Below, one piece after another: positions 33,601 through 48,600 of a stretch of DNA of 64,000 nucleotides (the first letter of the stretch is position 1; every line of letters starts with the position of its first letter). The notes beneath the pieces are model-generated. The model was not told where the DNA came from. It worked only from the letters and a program-made list of their open reading frames with translations, and ran no database searches. Source of the stretch: Eledone cirrhosa (taxonomy: Eukaryota); assembly GCA_964016885.1 (NCBI GenBank), contig OZ024743.1, forward strand, positions 93,930,001-93,994,000, in the 5' to 3' direction. A program made the translations under genes and the position numbers.

Positions 33601-36600
33601 TCACACATTGTTGGTACTGAGATGGTGGGATATAGTCACACACTGTTGGTACTGGTGTGGTGGGATATAGTCACACATTGTTGGTACTGGTATGGTGGGA
33701 TATAGTCACACATTGTCGGTACTGGTATGGTGGGATATAGTCACATATTGTTGGTACTGGGGTGGTGGGATATAGTCACACTTTGTTGGTACTGGGGTGG
33801 TGGGATATAGTCACACATTGTGGGTACAGGGATGGTGGGATATAGTCACACATTGTTGGTACTGGGGTGGTGGGATATAGTAACACATTGTTGGTACTGG
33901 TATGGTGGGATATAGTCACACATTGTTGGTACTGGTGTGGTGGGATATAGTCACACATTGTTGGTACTGGTATGGTGGGATATAGTCACACATTGTTGGT
34001 ACTGGGGTGGTGGGATATAGTCACACATTGTTGGTACTGGTATGGTGGGATATAGTCACACATTGTTGGTACTGGTATGGTGGGATATAGTCACACATTG
34101 TTGGTACTGGTATGGTGGGATATAGTCACACATTGTTGGTACTGGGATGGTGGGATATAGTCACACATTGTTGGTACTGGTATGGTGGGATATAGTCACA
34201 CATTGTTGGTACTGGTATGGTGGGATATAGTCACACATTGTTGGTACTGGTATGGTGGGATATAGTCACACATTGTTGGTACTGGTATGGTGGGATATAG
34301 TCACATATTGTTGGTACTGGTATGGTGGGATATAGTCACACATTGTTGGTACTGGGATGGTGGGATATAGTCACACATTGTTGGTACTGGGGTGGTGGGA
34401 TATAGTCACATATTGTTGGTACTGGTATGGTGGGATATAGTCACATATTGTTGGTACTGGGGTGGTGGGATATAGTCACATATTGTTGGTACTGGTATGG
34501 TGGGATATAGTCACATATTGTTTGTACAGGTATGGTGGGATATAGTCACATATTGTTGGTACTGGGGTGGTGGAATATAGTCACACATTATTGGTACTGG
34601 GGTGGTGGGATATAGTCACACATTGTTGGTACTGGTATGGTGGGATATAGTCACATATTGTTGGTACTAGGGTGGTGGGATATAGTCACATATTGTTGGT
34701 ACTGGGATGGTGGGATATAGTCAAACATTGTTGGTACTGAGATGGTGGGATATAGTCACACATTGTTGGTACTGGTGTGGTGGGATATAGTCACACATTG
34801 TTGGTACTGGTATGGTGGGATATAGTCACACATTGTCGGTACTGGTATGGTGGGATATAGTCACATATTGTTGGTACTGGGGTGGTGGGATATAGTCACA
34901 CTTTGTTGGTACTGGGGTGGTGGGATATAGTCACACATTGTGGGTACAGGGATGGTGGGATATAGTCACACATTGTTGGTACTGGTATGGTGGGATATAG
35001 TCACACATTGTTGGTACTGGTATGGTGGGACATAGTCACACATTGTTGGTACTGGTATGGTGGGATATAGTCACATATTGTTGGTACTGGTATGGTGGGA
35101 TATAGTCACACATTGTTGGTACTGGTATGGTGGGATATAGTCACACATTGTTGGTACTGGGATGGTGGGATATAGTCACACATTTTGGTATTGGGGTGGT
35201 GGGATATAGTCACACATTGTTGGTACTGGTATAGTGGGATATAGTCACATATTGTTGGTACTGGGGTGGTGGGATATAGTCACACATTGTTGGTACTGGG
35301 ATGGTGAGATATAGTCACACATTGTGGGTACTGGTATGGTGGGATATAGTCACACATTGTTGGTACTGGGGTGGTGGGATATAGTCACACATTGTTGGTA
35401 CTGGAATGGTGGGATATAGTCACATATTTTTGATACTGGTATGGTGGGATATAGTCACACATTGTTGGTACTGGAATGGTGGGATATAGTCACACATTGT
35501 TGGTACTGGTATGGTGGGATATAGTCACACATTGTTGGTACTGGAATAGTGGGATATAGTCACACATTGTTGGTACTGAGATGGTGGGATATAGTCACAC
35601 ATTGTTGGTACTGGTATGGTGGGATATAGTCACACATTGTTGGTACTGGGGTGGTGGGATATAGTCACATATTGTTGGTCCTGGGGTGGTGGGATATAGT
35701 CACACATTGTTGGTACTGGAATGGTGGGATATAGTCACACATTGTTGGTACTGGTATGGTGGGATATAGTCACACATTGTTGGTACTGGAATGGTGGGAT
35801 ATAGTCACACATTGTTGGTACTGAGATGGTGGGATATAGTCACACATTGTTGGTACTGGGGTGGTGGGATATAGTCACACATTGTTGGTACTGGTGTGGT
35901 GGGATATAGTCACACATTGTTGGTACTGGTGTGGTGGGATATAGTCACACATTGTTGGTACTGGTGTGGTGGGATATAGTCACACATTGTTGGTACTCGT
36001 ATGGTGGGATATAGTCACACATTGTCGGTACTGGTATGGTGGGATATAGTCACATATTGTTGGTACTGGGGTGGTGGGATATAGTCACACTTTGTTGGTA
36101 CTGGGGTGGTGGGATATAGTCACACATTGTGGGTACAGGGATGGTGGGATATAGTCACACATTGTTGGTACTGGGGTGGTGGGATATAGTAACACATTGT
36201 TGGTACTGGTATGGTGGGATATAGTCATACATTGTTGGTACTGGGATGGTGGGATATAGTCACACATTGTTGGTACTGGAATGGTGGGATATAGTCACAT
36301 ATTGTTGGTACTGGGGTGGTGGGATATAGTCACACATTGTTGGTACTGGTATGGTGGGATATAGTCACATATTGTTGGTACTGGTATGGTGGGATATAGT
36401 CACACATTGTTGGTACTGGTATGGTGGGATATAGTCACACATTGTTGGTACTGGGATGGTGGGATATAGTCACACATTGTTGGTACTGGTATGGTGGGAT
36501 ATAGTCACATATTGTTGGTACTGGGGTGGTGGGATATAGTCACATATTGTTGGTACTGGTATGGTGGGATATAGTCACATATTGTTGGTACTGGTATGGT

Positions 36601-39600
36601 GGGATATAGTCACATATTGTTGGTACTGGGGTGGTGGGATATAGTCACACATTGTTGGTACTGGGGTGGTGGGATATAATCACACATTGTTGGTACTGGT
36701 ATGGTGGGATATAGTCACACATTGTTGGTACTGGGGTGGTGGGATATAGTCACATATTGTTGGTCCTGGGGTGGTGGGATATAGTCACACATTGTTGGTA
36801 CTGGAATGGTGGGATATAGTCACACATTGTTGGTACTGGTATGGTGGGATATAGTCACACATTGTTGGTACTGGAATGGTGGGATATAGTCACACATTGT
36901 TGGTACTGAGATGGTGGGATATAGTCACACATTGTCGGTACTGGGGTGGTGGGATATAGTCACACATTGTTGGTACTGGTGTGGTGGGATATAGTCACAC
37001 ATTGTTGGTACTGGGGTGGTGGGATATAGTCACACATTGTTGGTACTGGTGTGGTGGGATATAGTCACACATTGTTGGTACTCGTATGGTGGGATATAGT
37101 CACACATTGTCGGTACTGGTATGGTGGGATATAGTCACATATTGTTGGTACTGGGGTGGTGGGATATAGTCACACTTTGTTGGTACTGGGGTGGTGGGAT
37201 ATAGTCACACATTGTGGGTACAGGGATGGTGGGATATAGTCACACATTGTTGGTACTGGGGTGGTGGGATATAGTAACACATTGTTGGTACTGGTATGGT
37301 GGGATATAGTCATACATTGTTGGTACTGGGATGGTGGGATATAGTCACACATTGTTGGTACTGGAATGGTGGGATATAGTCACATATTGTTGGTACTGGG
37401 GTGGTGGGATATAGTCACACATTGTTGGTACTGGTATGGTGGGATATAGTCACATATTGTTGGTACTGGTATGGTGGGATATAGTCACACATTGTTGGTA
37501 CTGGTATGGTGGGATATAGTCACACATTGTTGGTACTGGGATGGTGGGATATAGTCACACATTGTTGGTACTGGTATGGTGGGATATAGTCACATATTGT
37601 TGGTACTGGGGTGGTGGGATATAGTCACATATTGTTGGTACTGGTATGGTGGGATATAGTCACATATTGTTGGTACTGGTATGGTGGGATATAGTCACAT
37701 ATTGTTGGTACTGGGGTGGTGGGATATAGTCACACATTGTTGGTACTGGGGTGGTGGGATATAATCACACATTGTTGGTACTGGTATGGTGGGATATAGT
37801 CACATATTGTTGGTACTGGGGTGGTGGGATATAGTCACATATTGTTGGTACTGGGATGGTGGGATATAGTCACACATTGTTGGTACTGGGGTGGTGGGAT
37901 ATAGTCACACATTGTTGGTACTGGGATGGTGGGATATAATCAAATATTGTTGGTACTGGTATGGTGGGATATATTCACACATTGTTGGTACTGGGGTGGT
38001 GGGATATAGTCACACATTGTTGGTACAGGTATGGTGGGATATAGTCACATATTGTTGGTACTGGGGTGGTGGGATATAGTCACACATTGTTGGTACTGGG
38101 ATGGTGGGATATAATCAAATATTGTTGGTACTGGTATGGTGGGATATAGTCACACATTGTTGGTACTGGGGTGGTGGTATATAGTCACACATTGTTGGTA
38201 CAGGTATGGTGGGATATAGTCACACATTGTTGGTCATGGAATGGTGGGATATAGTCACACATTTTTGGTACTGGTATGGTGGGATATAGTCACACATTGT
38301 TGGTACTGGGGTGGTGGGATATAGTCACATATTGTTGGTCCTGGGGTGGTGGGATATAGTCACACATTGTTGGTACTGGAATGGTGGGATATAGTCACAC
38401 ATTGTTGGTACTGGTATGGTGGGATATAGTCACACATTTTTGGTACTGAGATGGTGGGATATAGTCACACATTGTTGGTACTGGTGTGGTGGGATATAGT
38501 CACACATTGTTGGTACTGGTATGGTGGGATATAGTCACACATTGTCGGTACTGGTATGGTGGGATATAGTCACATATTGTTGGTACTGGTGTGGTGGGAT
38601 ATAGTCACACTTTGTTGGTACTGGGGTGGTGGGATATAGTCACACATTGTGGGTACAGGGATGGTGGGATATAGTCACACATTGTTGGTACTGGTATGGT
38701 GGGATATAGTCACACATTGTTGGTACTGGTATAGTGGGATATAGTCACATATTGTTGGTACTGGGCTGGTGGGATATAGTCACATATTGTTGGTACTGGG
38801 GTGGTGGGATATAGTCACATATTGTTGGTACTGGGATGGTGGGATATAGTCACACATTGTTGGTACTGAGATGGTGGGATATAGTCACACATTGTTGGTA
38901 CTGGTGTGGTGGGATATAGTCACACATTGTTGGTACTGGTGTGGTGGGATATAGTCACACATTGTTGGTACTGGTATGGTGGGATATAGTCACACTTTGT
39001 TGGTACTGGAATGGTGGGATATAGTCACACATTGTTGGTACTGGTATGGTGGGATATAGTCACACATTGTTGGTACTGGAATGGTGGGATATAGTCACAC
39101 ATTGTTGGTAGTGAGATGGTGGGATATAGTCACACATTGTTGGTACTGGGGTGGTGGGATATAGTCACATGTTGTTGGTCCTGGGGTGGTGGGATATAGT
39201 CACACATTGTTGGTACTGGAATGGTGGGATATAGTCACACATTGTTGGTACTGGTATGGTGGGATATAGTCACACATTGTTGGTCATGGAATGGTGGGAT
39301 ATAGTCACACATTTTTGGTACTGAGATGGTGGGATATAGTCACACATTGTTGGTACTGGGGTGGTGGGATATAGTAACACATTGTTGGTACTGGTATGGT
39401 GGGATATAGTCACACATTGTTGGTACTGGTGTGGTGGGATATAGTCACACATTGTTGGTACTGGTATGGTGGGATATAGTCACATATTGTTGGTACTGGG
39501 GTGGTGGGATATAGTCACACATTGTTGGTACTGGTATGGTGGGATATAGTCACACATTGTTGGTACTGGTATGGTGGGATATAGTCACACATTGTTGGTA

Positions 39601-42600
39601 CTGGTATGGTGGGATATAGTCACACATTGTTGGTACTGGGATGGTGGGATATAGTCACACATTGTTGGTACTGGTATGGTGGGATATAGTCACACATTGT
39701 TGGTACTGGTATGGTGGGATATAGTCACACATTGTTGGTACTGGTATGGTGGGATATAGTCACACATTGTTGGTACTGGTATGGTGGGATATAGTCACAT
39801 ATTGTTGGTACTGGTATGGTGGGATATAGTCACACATTGTTGGTACTGGGATGGTGGGATATAGTCACACATTGTTGGTACTAGGGTGGTGGGATATAGT
39901 CACATATTGTTGGTACTGGTATGGTGGGATATAGTCACATATTGTTGGTACTGGGGTGGTGGGATATAGTCACATATTGTTGGTACTGGTATGGTGGGAT
40001 ATAGTCACATATTGTTGGTACTGGGGTGGTGGAATATAGTCACACATTGTTGGTACTGGGGTGGTGGGATATAGTCACACATTGTTGGTACTGGTATGGT
40101 GGGATATAGTCACATATTGTTGGTACTAGGGTGGTGGGATATAGTCACATATTGTTGGTACTGGGATGGTGGGATATAGTCAAACATTGTTGGTACTGGG
40201 GTGGTGGGATATAGTCACACATTGTTGGTACTGGGGTGGTGGGATATAGTCAAATATTGTTGGTACTGGTATGGTGGGATTTAGTCACACATTGTTGGTA
40301 CTGGGGTGGTGGGATATAGTCACACATTGTTGGTACAGGTATGGTGGGATATAGTCACATATTCTTGGTACTGGGGTGGTGGGATATAGTCACACATTGT
40401 TGGTACTGGAATGGTGGGATATAGTCACACATTGTTGGTACTAGGGTGGTGGGATATAGTCACATATTGTTGGTACTGGTATGGTGGGATATAGTCACAC
40501 ATTGTTGGTACTGGTATGGTGGGATATAGTCACATATTGTTTGTACTGGTATGGTGGGATATAGTCACATATTGTTGGTACTGGTATGGTGGAATATAGT
40601 CACACATTGTTGGTACTGGGGTGGTGGGATATAGTCACACATTGTTGGTACTGGTATGGTGGGATATAGTCACATATTGTTGGTACTAGGGTGGTGGGAT
40701 ATAGTCACATATTGTTGGTATTGGGGTGGTGGGATATAGTCAAACATTGTTGGTACTGGGGTGGTGGGATATAGTCACACATTGTTGGTACTGGGGTGGT
40801 GGGATATAGTCAAATATTGTTGGTACTGGTATGGTGGGATTTAGTCACACATTGTTGGTACTGGGGTGGTGGGATATAGTCACACATTGTTGGTACAGGT
40901 ATGGTGGGATATAGTCACATATTCTTGGTACTGGGGTGGTGGGATATAGTCACACATTGTTGGTACTGGAATGGTGGGATATAGTCACACATTGTTGGTA
41001 CTAGGGTGGTGGGATATAGTCACATATTGTTGGTACTGGTATGGTGGGATATAGTCACACTTTGTTGGTACTGGTATGGTGGGATATAGTCACACATTGT
41101 TGGTACTGGTATGGTGAGATATAGTCACACATTGTGGGTACTGGTATGGTGGGATATAGTCACACATTGTTGGTACAGGTATGGTGGGATATAGTCACAC
41201 ATTGTTGGTACTGGGATGGTGGGATATAGTCACACATTGTTGGTACTGGGATGGTGGGATATAGTCACACATTGTTGGTATTGGGGTGGTGGGATATAGT
41301 CACACATTGTTGGTACTGGTATAGTGGGATATAGTCACATATTGTTGGTACTGGGGTGGTGGGATATAGTCACACATTGTTGGTACTGGGATGGTGAGAT
41401 ATAGTCACACATTGTTGGTACTGGTATGGTGGGATATAGTCACACATTGTTGGTACTGGAATGGTGGGATATAGTCACACATTGTTGGTACTGAGATGGT
41501 GGGATATAGTCACACATTGTTGGTACTGGGGTGGTGGGATATAGTCACATATTGTTGGTCCTGGGGTGGTGGGATATAGTCACACATTGTTGGTACTGGA
41601 ATGGTGGGATATAGTCACACATTGTTGGTACTGGTATGGTGGGATATAGTCACACATTGTTGGTACTGGAATGGTGGGATATAGTCACACATTGTTGGTA
41701 CTGAGATGGTGGGATATAGTCACACATTGTTGGTACTGGGGTGGTGGGATATAGTCACACATTGTTGGTACTGGTATGGTGGGATATAGTCACACATTGT
41801 TGGTACTGGAATGGTGGGATATAGTCACACATTGTTGGTAGTGAGATGGTGGGATATAGTCACACATTGTTGGTACTGGGGTGGTGGGATATAGTCACAT
41901 GTTGTTGGTCCTGGGGTGGTGGGATATAGTCACACATTGTTGGTACTGGAATGGTGGGATATAGTCACACATTGTTGGTACTGGTATGGTGGGATATAGT
42001 CACACATTGTTGGTACTGGAATGGTGGGATATAGTCACACATTTTTGGTACTGAGATGGTGGGATATAGTCACACATTGTTGGTACTGAAATGGTGGGAT
42101 ATAGTCACACATTGTTGGTACTGGTATGGTGGGATATAGTCACACATTGTCGGTACTGGTATGGTGGGATATAGTCACATATTGTTGGTACTGGGGTGGT
42201 GGGATATAGTCAAACATTGTTGGTACTGGGGTGGTGGGATATAGTCACACATTGTTGGTACTGGGGTGGTGGGATATAGTCACACATTGTTGGTACTGGG
42301 ATGGTGGGATATAGTCACACATTGTTTGTACTGGTATGGTGGGATATAGTCACACATTGTTGGTACTGGGATGGTGGGATATAGTCACACATTGTTGGTA
42401 CTGGTATGGTGGGATATAGTCACACATTGTTTGTACTGGTATGGTGGGATATAGTCACACATTGTTGGTACTGGGATGGTGGGATATAGTCACACATTGT
42501 TGGTACTGGTATGGTGGGATATAGTCACACATTGTTGGTACTGGTATGGTGGGATATAGTCACATATTGTTGGTACTGGGGTGGTGGGATATAGTCACAT

Positions 42601-45600
42601 ATTGTTGGTACTGGGATGGTGGGATATAGTCACACATTGTTGGTACTGGGGTGGTGGGATATAGTCACACATTGTTGGTACTGGGGTGGTGGGATATAGT
42701 CAAATATTGTTGGTACTGGTATGGTGGGATATAGTCACACATTGTTGGTACTGGGGTGGTGGGATATAGTCACACATTGTGGGTACTGGGGTGGTGGGAT
42801 ATAGTCACACATTGTTGGTACAGGTATGGTGGGATATAGTCACACATTGTTGGTACTGGTATGGTGAGATATAGTCACACATTGTGGGTACTGGTATGGT
42901 GGGATATAGTCACACATTGTTGGTACAGGTATGGTGGGATATAGTCACACATTGTTGGTACTGGTATGGTGGGATATAGTCACACATTGTTGGTACTGGG
43001 ATGGTGGGATATAGTCACACATTGTTGGTACTGGGATGGTGGGATATAGTCACACATTGTTGGTACTGGGGTGGTGGGATATAGTCACACATTGTTCGTA
43101 CTGGTATAGTTGGATATAATCACATATTGTTGGTATTGGGGTGGTGGGATATAGTCACATATTGTTGGTACTGGGGTGGTGGGATATAGTCACACATTGT
43201 TGGTACTGGGATGGTGGGATATAATCAAATATTGTTGGTACTGGTATGGTGGGATATAGTCACACATTGTTGGTACTGGGGTGGTGGGATATAGTCACAC
43301 ATTGTTGGTACAGGTATGGTGGGATATAGTCACATATTGTTGGTACTGGGGTGGTGGGATATAGTCACACATTGTTGGTACTGGGATGGTGAGATATAGT
43401 CACACATTGTGGGTACTGGTATGGTGGGATATAGTCACACATTGTTGGTATTTGGGTGGTGGGATATAGTCACACATTGTTGGTACTGGTATAGTGGGAT
43501 ATAGTCACATATTGTTGGTACTGGGCTGGTGGGATATAGTCACACATTGTTGGTACTGGGGTGGTGGGATATAGTCACACTTTGTTGGTACTGGTATGGT
43601 GGGATATAGTCACACTTTGTTGGTACTGGTATGGTGGGATATAGTCACACATTGTTGGTACTGGTATGGTGAGATATAGTCACACATTGTGGGTACTGGT
43701 ATGGTGGGATATAGTCACACATTGTTGGTACAGGTATGGTGGGATATAGTCACACATTGTTGGTACTGGGATGGTGGGATATAGTCACACATTGTTGGTA
43801 CTGGGATGGTGGGATATAGTCACACATTGTTGGTACTGGTATAGTGGGATATAGTCACATATTGTTGGTACTGGGGTGGTGGGATATAGTCACACATTGT
43901 TGGTACTGGGGTGGTGGGATATAGTCACATATTGTTGGTACTGGTATGGTGGGATATAGTCACACATTGTTGGTACTGGTATGGTGGAATATAGTCACAC
44001 ATTGTTGGTACTGGGGTGGTGCGATATAGTCACATATTGTTGGTCCTGGGGTGGTGGGATATAGTCACACATTGTTGGTACTGGAATGGTGGGATATAGT
44101 CACACATTGTTGGTACTGGTATGGTGGGATATAGTCACACTTTGTTGGTACTGGAATGGTGGGATATAGTCACACATTGTTGGTACTGGTATGGTGGGAT
44201 ATAGTCACACATTGTTGGTACTGGAATGGTGGGATATAGTCACACATTGTTGGTAGTGAGATGGTGGGATATAGTCACACATTGTTGGTACTGGGGTGGT
44301 GGGATATAGTCACATGTTGTTGGTCCTGGGGTGGTGGGATATAGTCACACATTGTTGGTACTGGAATGGTGGGATATAGTCACACATTGTTGGTACTGGT
44401 ATGGTGGGATATAGTCACACATTGTTGGTACTGGAATGGTGGGATATAGTCACACATTTTTGGTACTGAGATGGTGGGATATAGTCACACATTGTTGGTA
44501 CTGGTGTGGTGGGATATAGTCACACATTGTTGGTACTGGTATGGTGGGATATAGTCACACATTGTTGGTACTGGTATGGTGGGATATAGTCACATATTGT
44601 TGGTACTGGGGTGGTGGGATATAGTCACACTTTGTTGGTACTGGGGTGGTGGGATATAGTCACACATTGTGGGTACAGGGATGGTGGGATATAGTCACAC
44701 ATTGTTGGTACTGGGGTGGTGGGATATAGTAACACATTGTTGGTACTGGTATGGTGGGATATAGTCACACATTGTTGGTACTGGTGTGGTGGGATATAGT
44801 CACACATTGTTGGTACTGGTATGGTGGGATATAGTCACATATTGTTGGTACTGGGGTGGTGGGATATAGTCACACATTGTTGGTACTGGTATGGTGGGAT
44901 ATAGTCACACATTGTTGGTACTGGTATGGTGGGATATAGTCACACATTGTTGGTACTGGTATGGTGGGATATAGTCACACATTGTTGGTACTGGGATGGT
45001 GGGATATAGTCACACATTGTTGGTACTGGTATGGTGGGATATAGTCACACATTGTTGGTACTGGTATGGTGGGATATAGTCACACATTGTTGGTACTGGT
45101 ATGGTGGGATATAGTCACACATTGTTGGTACTGAGATGGTGGGATATAGTCACACATTGTTGGTACTGAGATGGTGGGATATAGTCACACATTGTTGGTA
45201 CTGGGGTGGTGGGATATAGTCACACATTGTTGGTACTGGTATGGTGGGATATAGTCACACATTGTTGGTACTGGAATGGTGGGATATAGTCACACATTGT
45301 TGGTAGTGAGATGGTGGGATATAGTCACACATTGTTGGTACTGGGGTGGTGGGATATAGTCACATGTTGTTGGTCCTGGGGTGGTGGGATATAGTCACAC
45401 ATTGTTGGTACTGGAATGGTGGGATATAGTCACACATTGTTGGTACTGGTATGGTGGGATATAGTCACACATTGTTGGTACTGGAATGGTGGGATATAGT
45501 CACACATTTTTGGTACTGAGATGGTGGGATATAGTCACACATTGTTGGTACTGGAATGGTGGGATATAGTCACACATTGTTGGTACTGGTATGGTGGGAT

Positions 45601-48600
45601 ATAGTCACACATTGTCGGTACTGGTATGGTGGGATATAGTCACATATTGTTGGTACTGGGGTGGTGGGATATAGTCAAACATTGTTGGTACTGGGGTGGT
45701 GGGATATAGTCACACATTGTTGGTACTGGGGTGGTGGGATATAGTCACACATTGTTGGTACTGGGATGGTGGGATATAGTCACACATTGTTTGTACTGGT
45801 ATGGTGGGATATAGTCACACATTGTTGGTACTGGGATGGTGGGATATAGTCACACATTGTTGGTACTGGTATGGTGGGATATAGTCACACATTGTTTGTA
45901 CTGGTATGGTGGGATATAGTCACACATTGTTGGTACTGGGATGGTGGGATATAGTCACACATTGTTGGTACTGGTATGGTGGGATATAGTCACACATTGT
46001 TGGTACTGGTATGGTGGGATATAGTCACATATTGTTGGTACTGGGGTGGTGGGATATAGTCACATATTGTTGGTACTGGGATGGTGGGATATAGTCACAC
46101 ATTGTTGGTACTGGGGTGGTGGGATATAGTCACACATTGTTGGTACTGGGGTGGTGGGATATAGTCAAATATTGTTGGTACTGGTATGGTGGGATATAGT
46201 CACACATTGTTGGTACTGGGGTGGTGGGATATAGTCACACATTGTGGGTACTGGGGTGGTGGGATATAGTCACACATTGTTGGTACAGGTATGGTGGGAT
46301 ATAGTCACACATTGTTGGTACTGGTATGGTGAGATATAGTCACACATTGTGGGTACTGGTATGGTGGGATATAGTCACACATTGTTGGTACAGGTATGGT
46401 GGGATATAGTCACACATTGTTGGTACTGGTATGGTGGGATATAGTCACACATTGTTGGTACTGGGATGGTGGGATATAGTCACACATTGTTGGTACTGGG
46501 ATGGTGGGATATAGTCACACATTGTTGGTACTGGGGTGGTGGGATATAGTCACACATTGTTCGTACTGGTATAGTTGGATATAATCACATATTGTTGGTA
46601 TTGGGGTGGTGGGATATAGTCACATATTGTTGGTACTGGGGTGGTGGGATATAGTCACACATTGTTGGTACTGGGATGGTGGGATATAATCAAATATTGT
46701 TGGTACTGGTATGGTGGGATATAGTCACACATTGTTGGTACTGGGGTGGTGGGATATAGTCACACATTGTTGGTACAGGTATGGTGGGATATAGTCACAT
46801 ATTGTTGGTACTGGGGTGGTGGGATATAGTCACACATTGTTGGTACTGGGATGGTGAGATATAGTCACACATTGTGGGTACTGGTATGGTGGGATATAGT
46901 CACACATTGTTGGTATTTGGGTGGTGGGATATAGTCACACATTGTTGGTACTGGTATAGTGGGATATAGTCACATATTGTTGGTACTGGGCTGGTGGGAT
47001 ATAGTCACACATTGTTGGTACTGGGGTGGTGGGATATAGTCACACTTTGTTGGTACTGGTATGGTGGGATATAGTCACACTTTGTTGGTACTGGTATGGT
47101 GGGATATAGTCACACATTGTTGGTACTGGTATGGTGAGATATAGTCACACATTGTGGGTACTGGTATGGTGGGATATAGTCACACATTGTTGTTACAGGT
47201 ATGGTGGGATATAGTCACACATTGTTGGTACTGGGATGGTGGGATATAGTCACACATTGTTGGTACTGGGATGGTGGGATATAGTCACACATTGTTGGTA
47301 CTGGTATAGTGGGATATAGTCACATATTGTTGGTACTGGGGTGGTGGGATATAGTCACACATTGTTGGTACTGGGGTGGTGGGATATAGTCACATATTGT
47401 TGGTACTGGTATGGTGGGATAGAGTCACACATTGTTGGTACTGGTATGGTGGAATATAGTCACACATTGTTGGTACTGGGGTGGTGCGATATAGTCACAT
47501 ATTGTTGGTCCTGGGGTGGTGGGATATAGTCACACATTGTTGGTACTGGAATGGTGGGATATAGTCACACATTGTTGGTACTGGTATGGTGGGATATAGT
47601 CACACTTTGTTGGTACTGGAATGGTGGGATATAGTCACACATTGTTGGTACTGGTATGGTGGGATATAGTCACACATTGTTGGTACTGGAATGGTGGGAT
47701 ATAGTCACACATTGTTGGTAGTGAGATGGTGGGATATAGTCACACATTGTTGGTACTGGGGTGGTGGGATATAGTCACATGTTGTTGGTCCTGGGGTGGT
47801 GGGATATAGTCACACATTGTTGGTACTGGAATGGTGGGATATAGTCACACATTGTTGGTACTGGTATGGTGGGATATAGTCACACATTGTTGGTACTGGA
47901 ATGGTGGGATATAGTCACACATTTTTGGTACTGAGATGGTGGGATATAGTCACACATTGTTGGTACTGGTGTGGTGGGATATAGTCACACATTGTTGGTA
48001 CTGGTATGGTGGGATATAGTCACACATTGTTGGTACTGGTATGGTGGGATATAGTCACATATTGTTGGTACTGGGGTGGTGGGATATAGTCACACTTTGT
48101 TGGTACTGGGGTGGTGGGATATAGTCACACATTGTGGGTACAGGGATGGTGGGATATAGTCACACATTGTTGGTACTGGGGTGGTGGGATATAGTAACAC
48201 ATTGTTGGTACTGGTATGGTGGGATATAGTCACACATTGTTGGTACTGGTGTGGTGGGATATAGTCACACATTGTTGGTACTGGTATGGTGGGATATAGT
48301 CACATATTGTTGGTACTGGGGTGGTGGGATATAGTCACACATTGTTGGTACTGGTATGGTGGGATATAGTCACACATTGTTGGTACTGGTATGGTGGGAT
48401 ATAGTCACACATTGTTGGTACTGGTATGGTGGGATATAGTCACACATTGTTGGTACTGGGATGGTGGGATATAGTCACACATTGTTGGTACTGGTATGGT
48501 GGGATATAGTCACACATTGTTGGTACTGGTATGGTGGGATATAGTCACACATTGTTGGTACTGGTATGGTGGGATATAGTCACACATTGTTGGTACTGGT

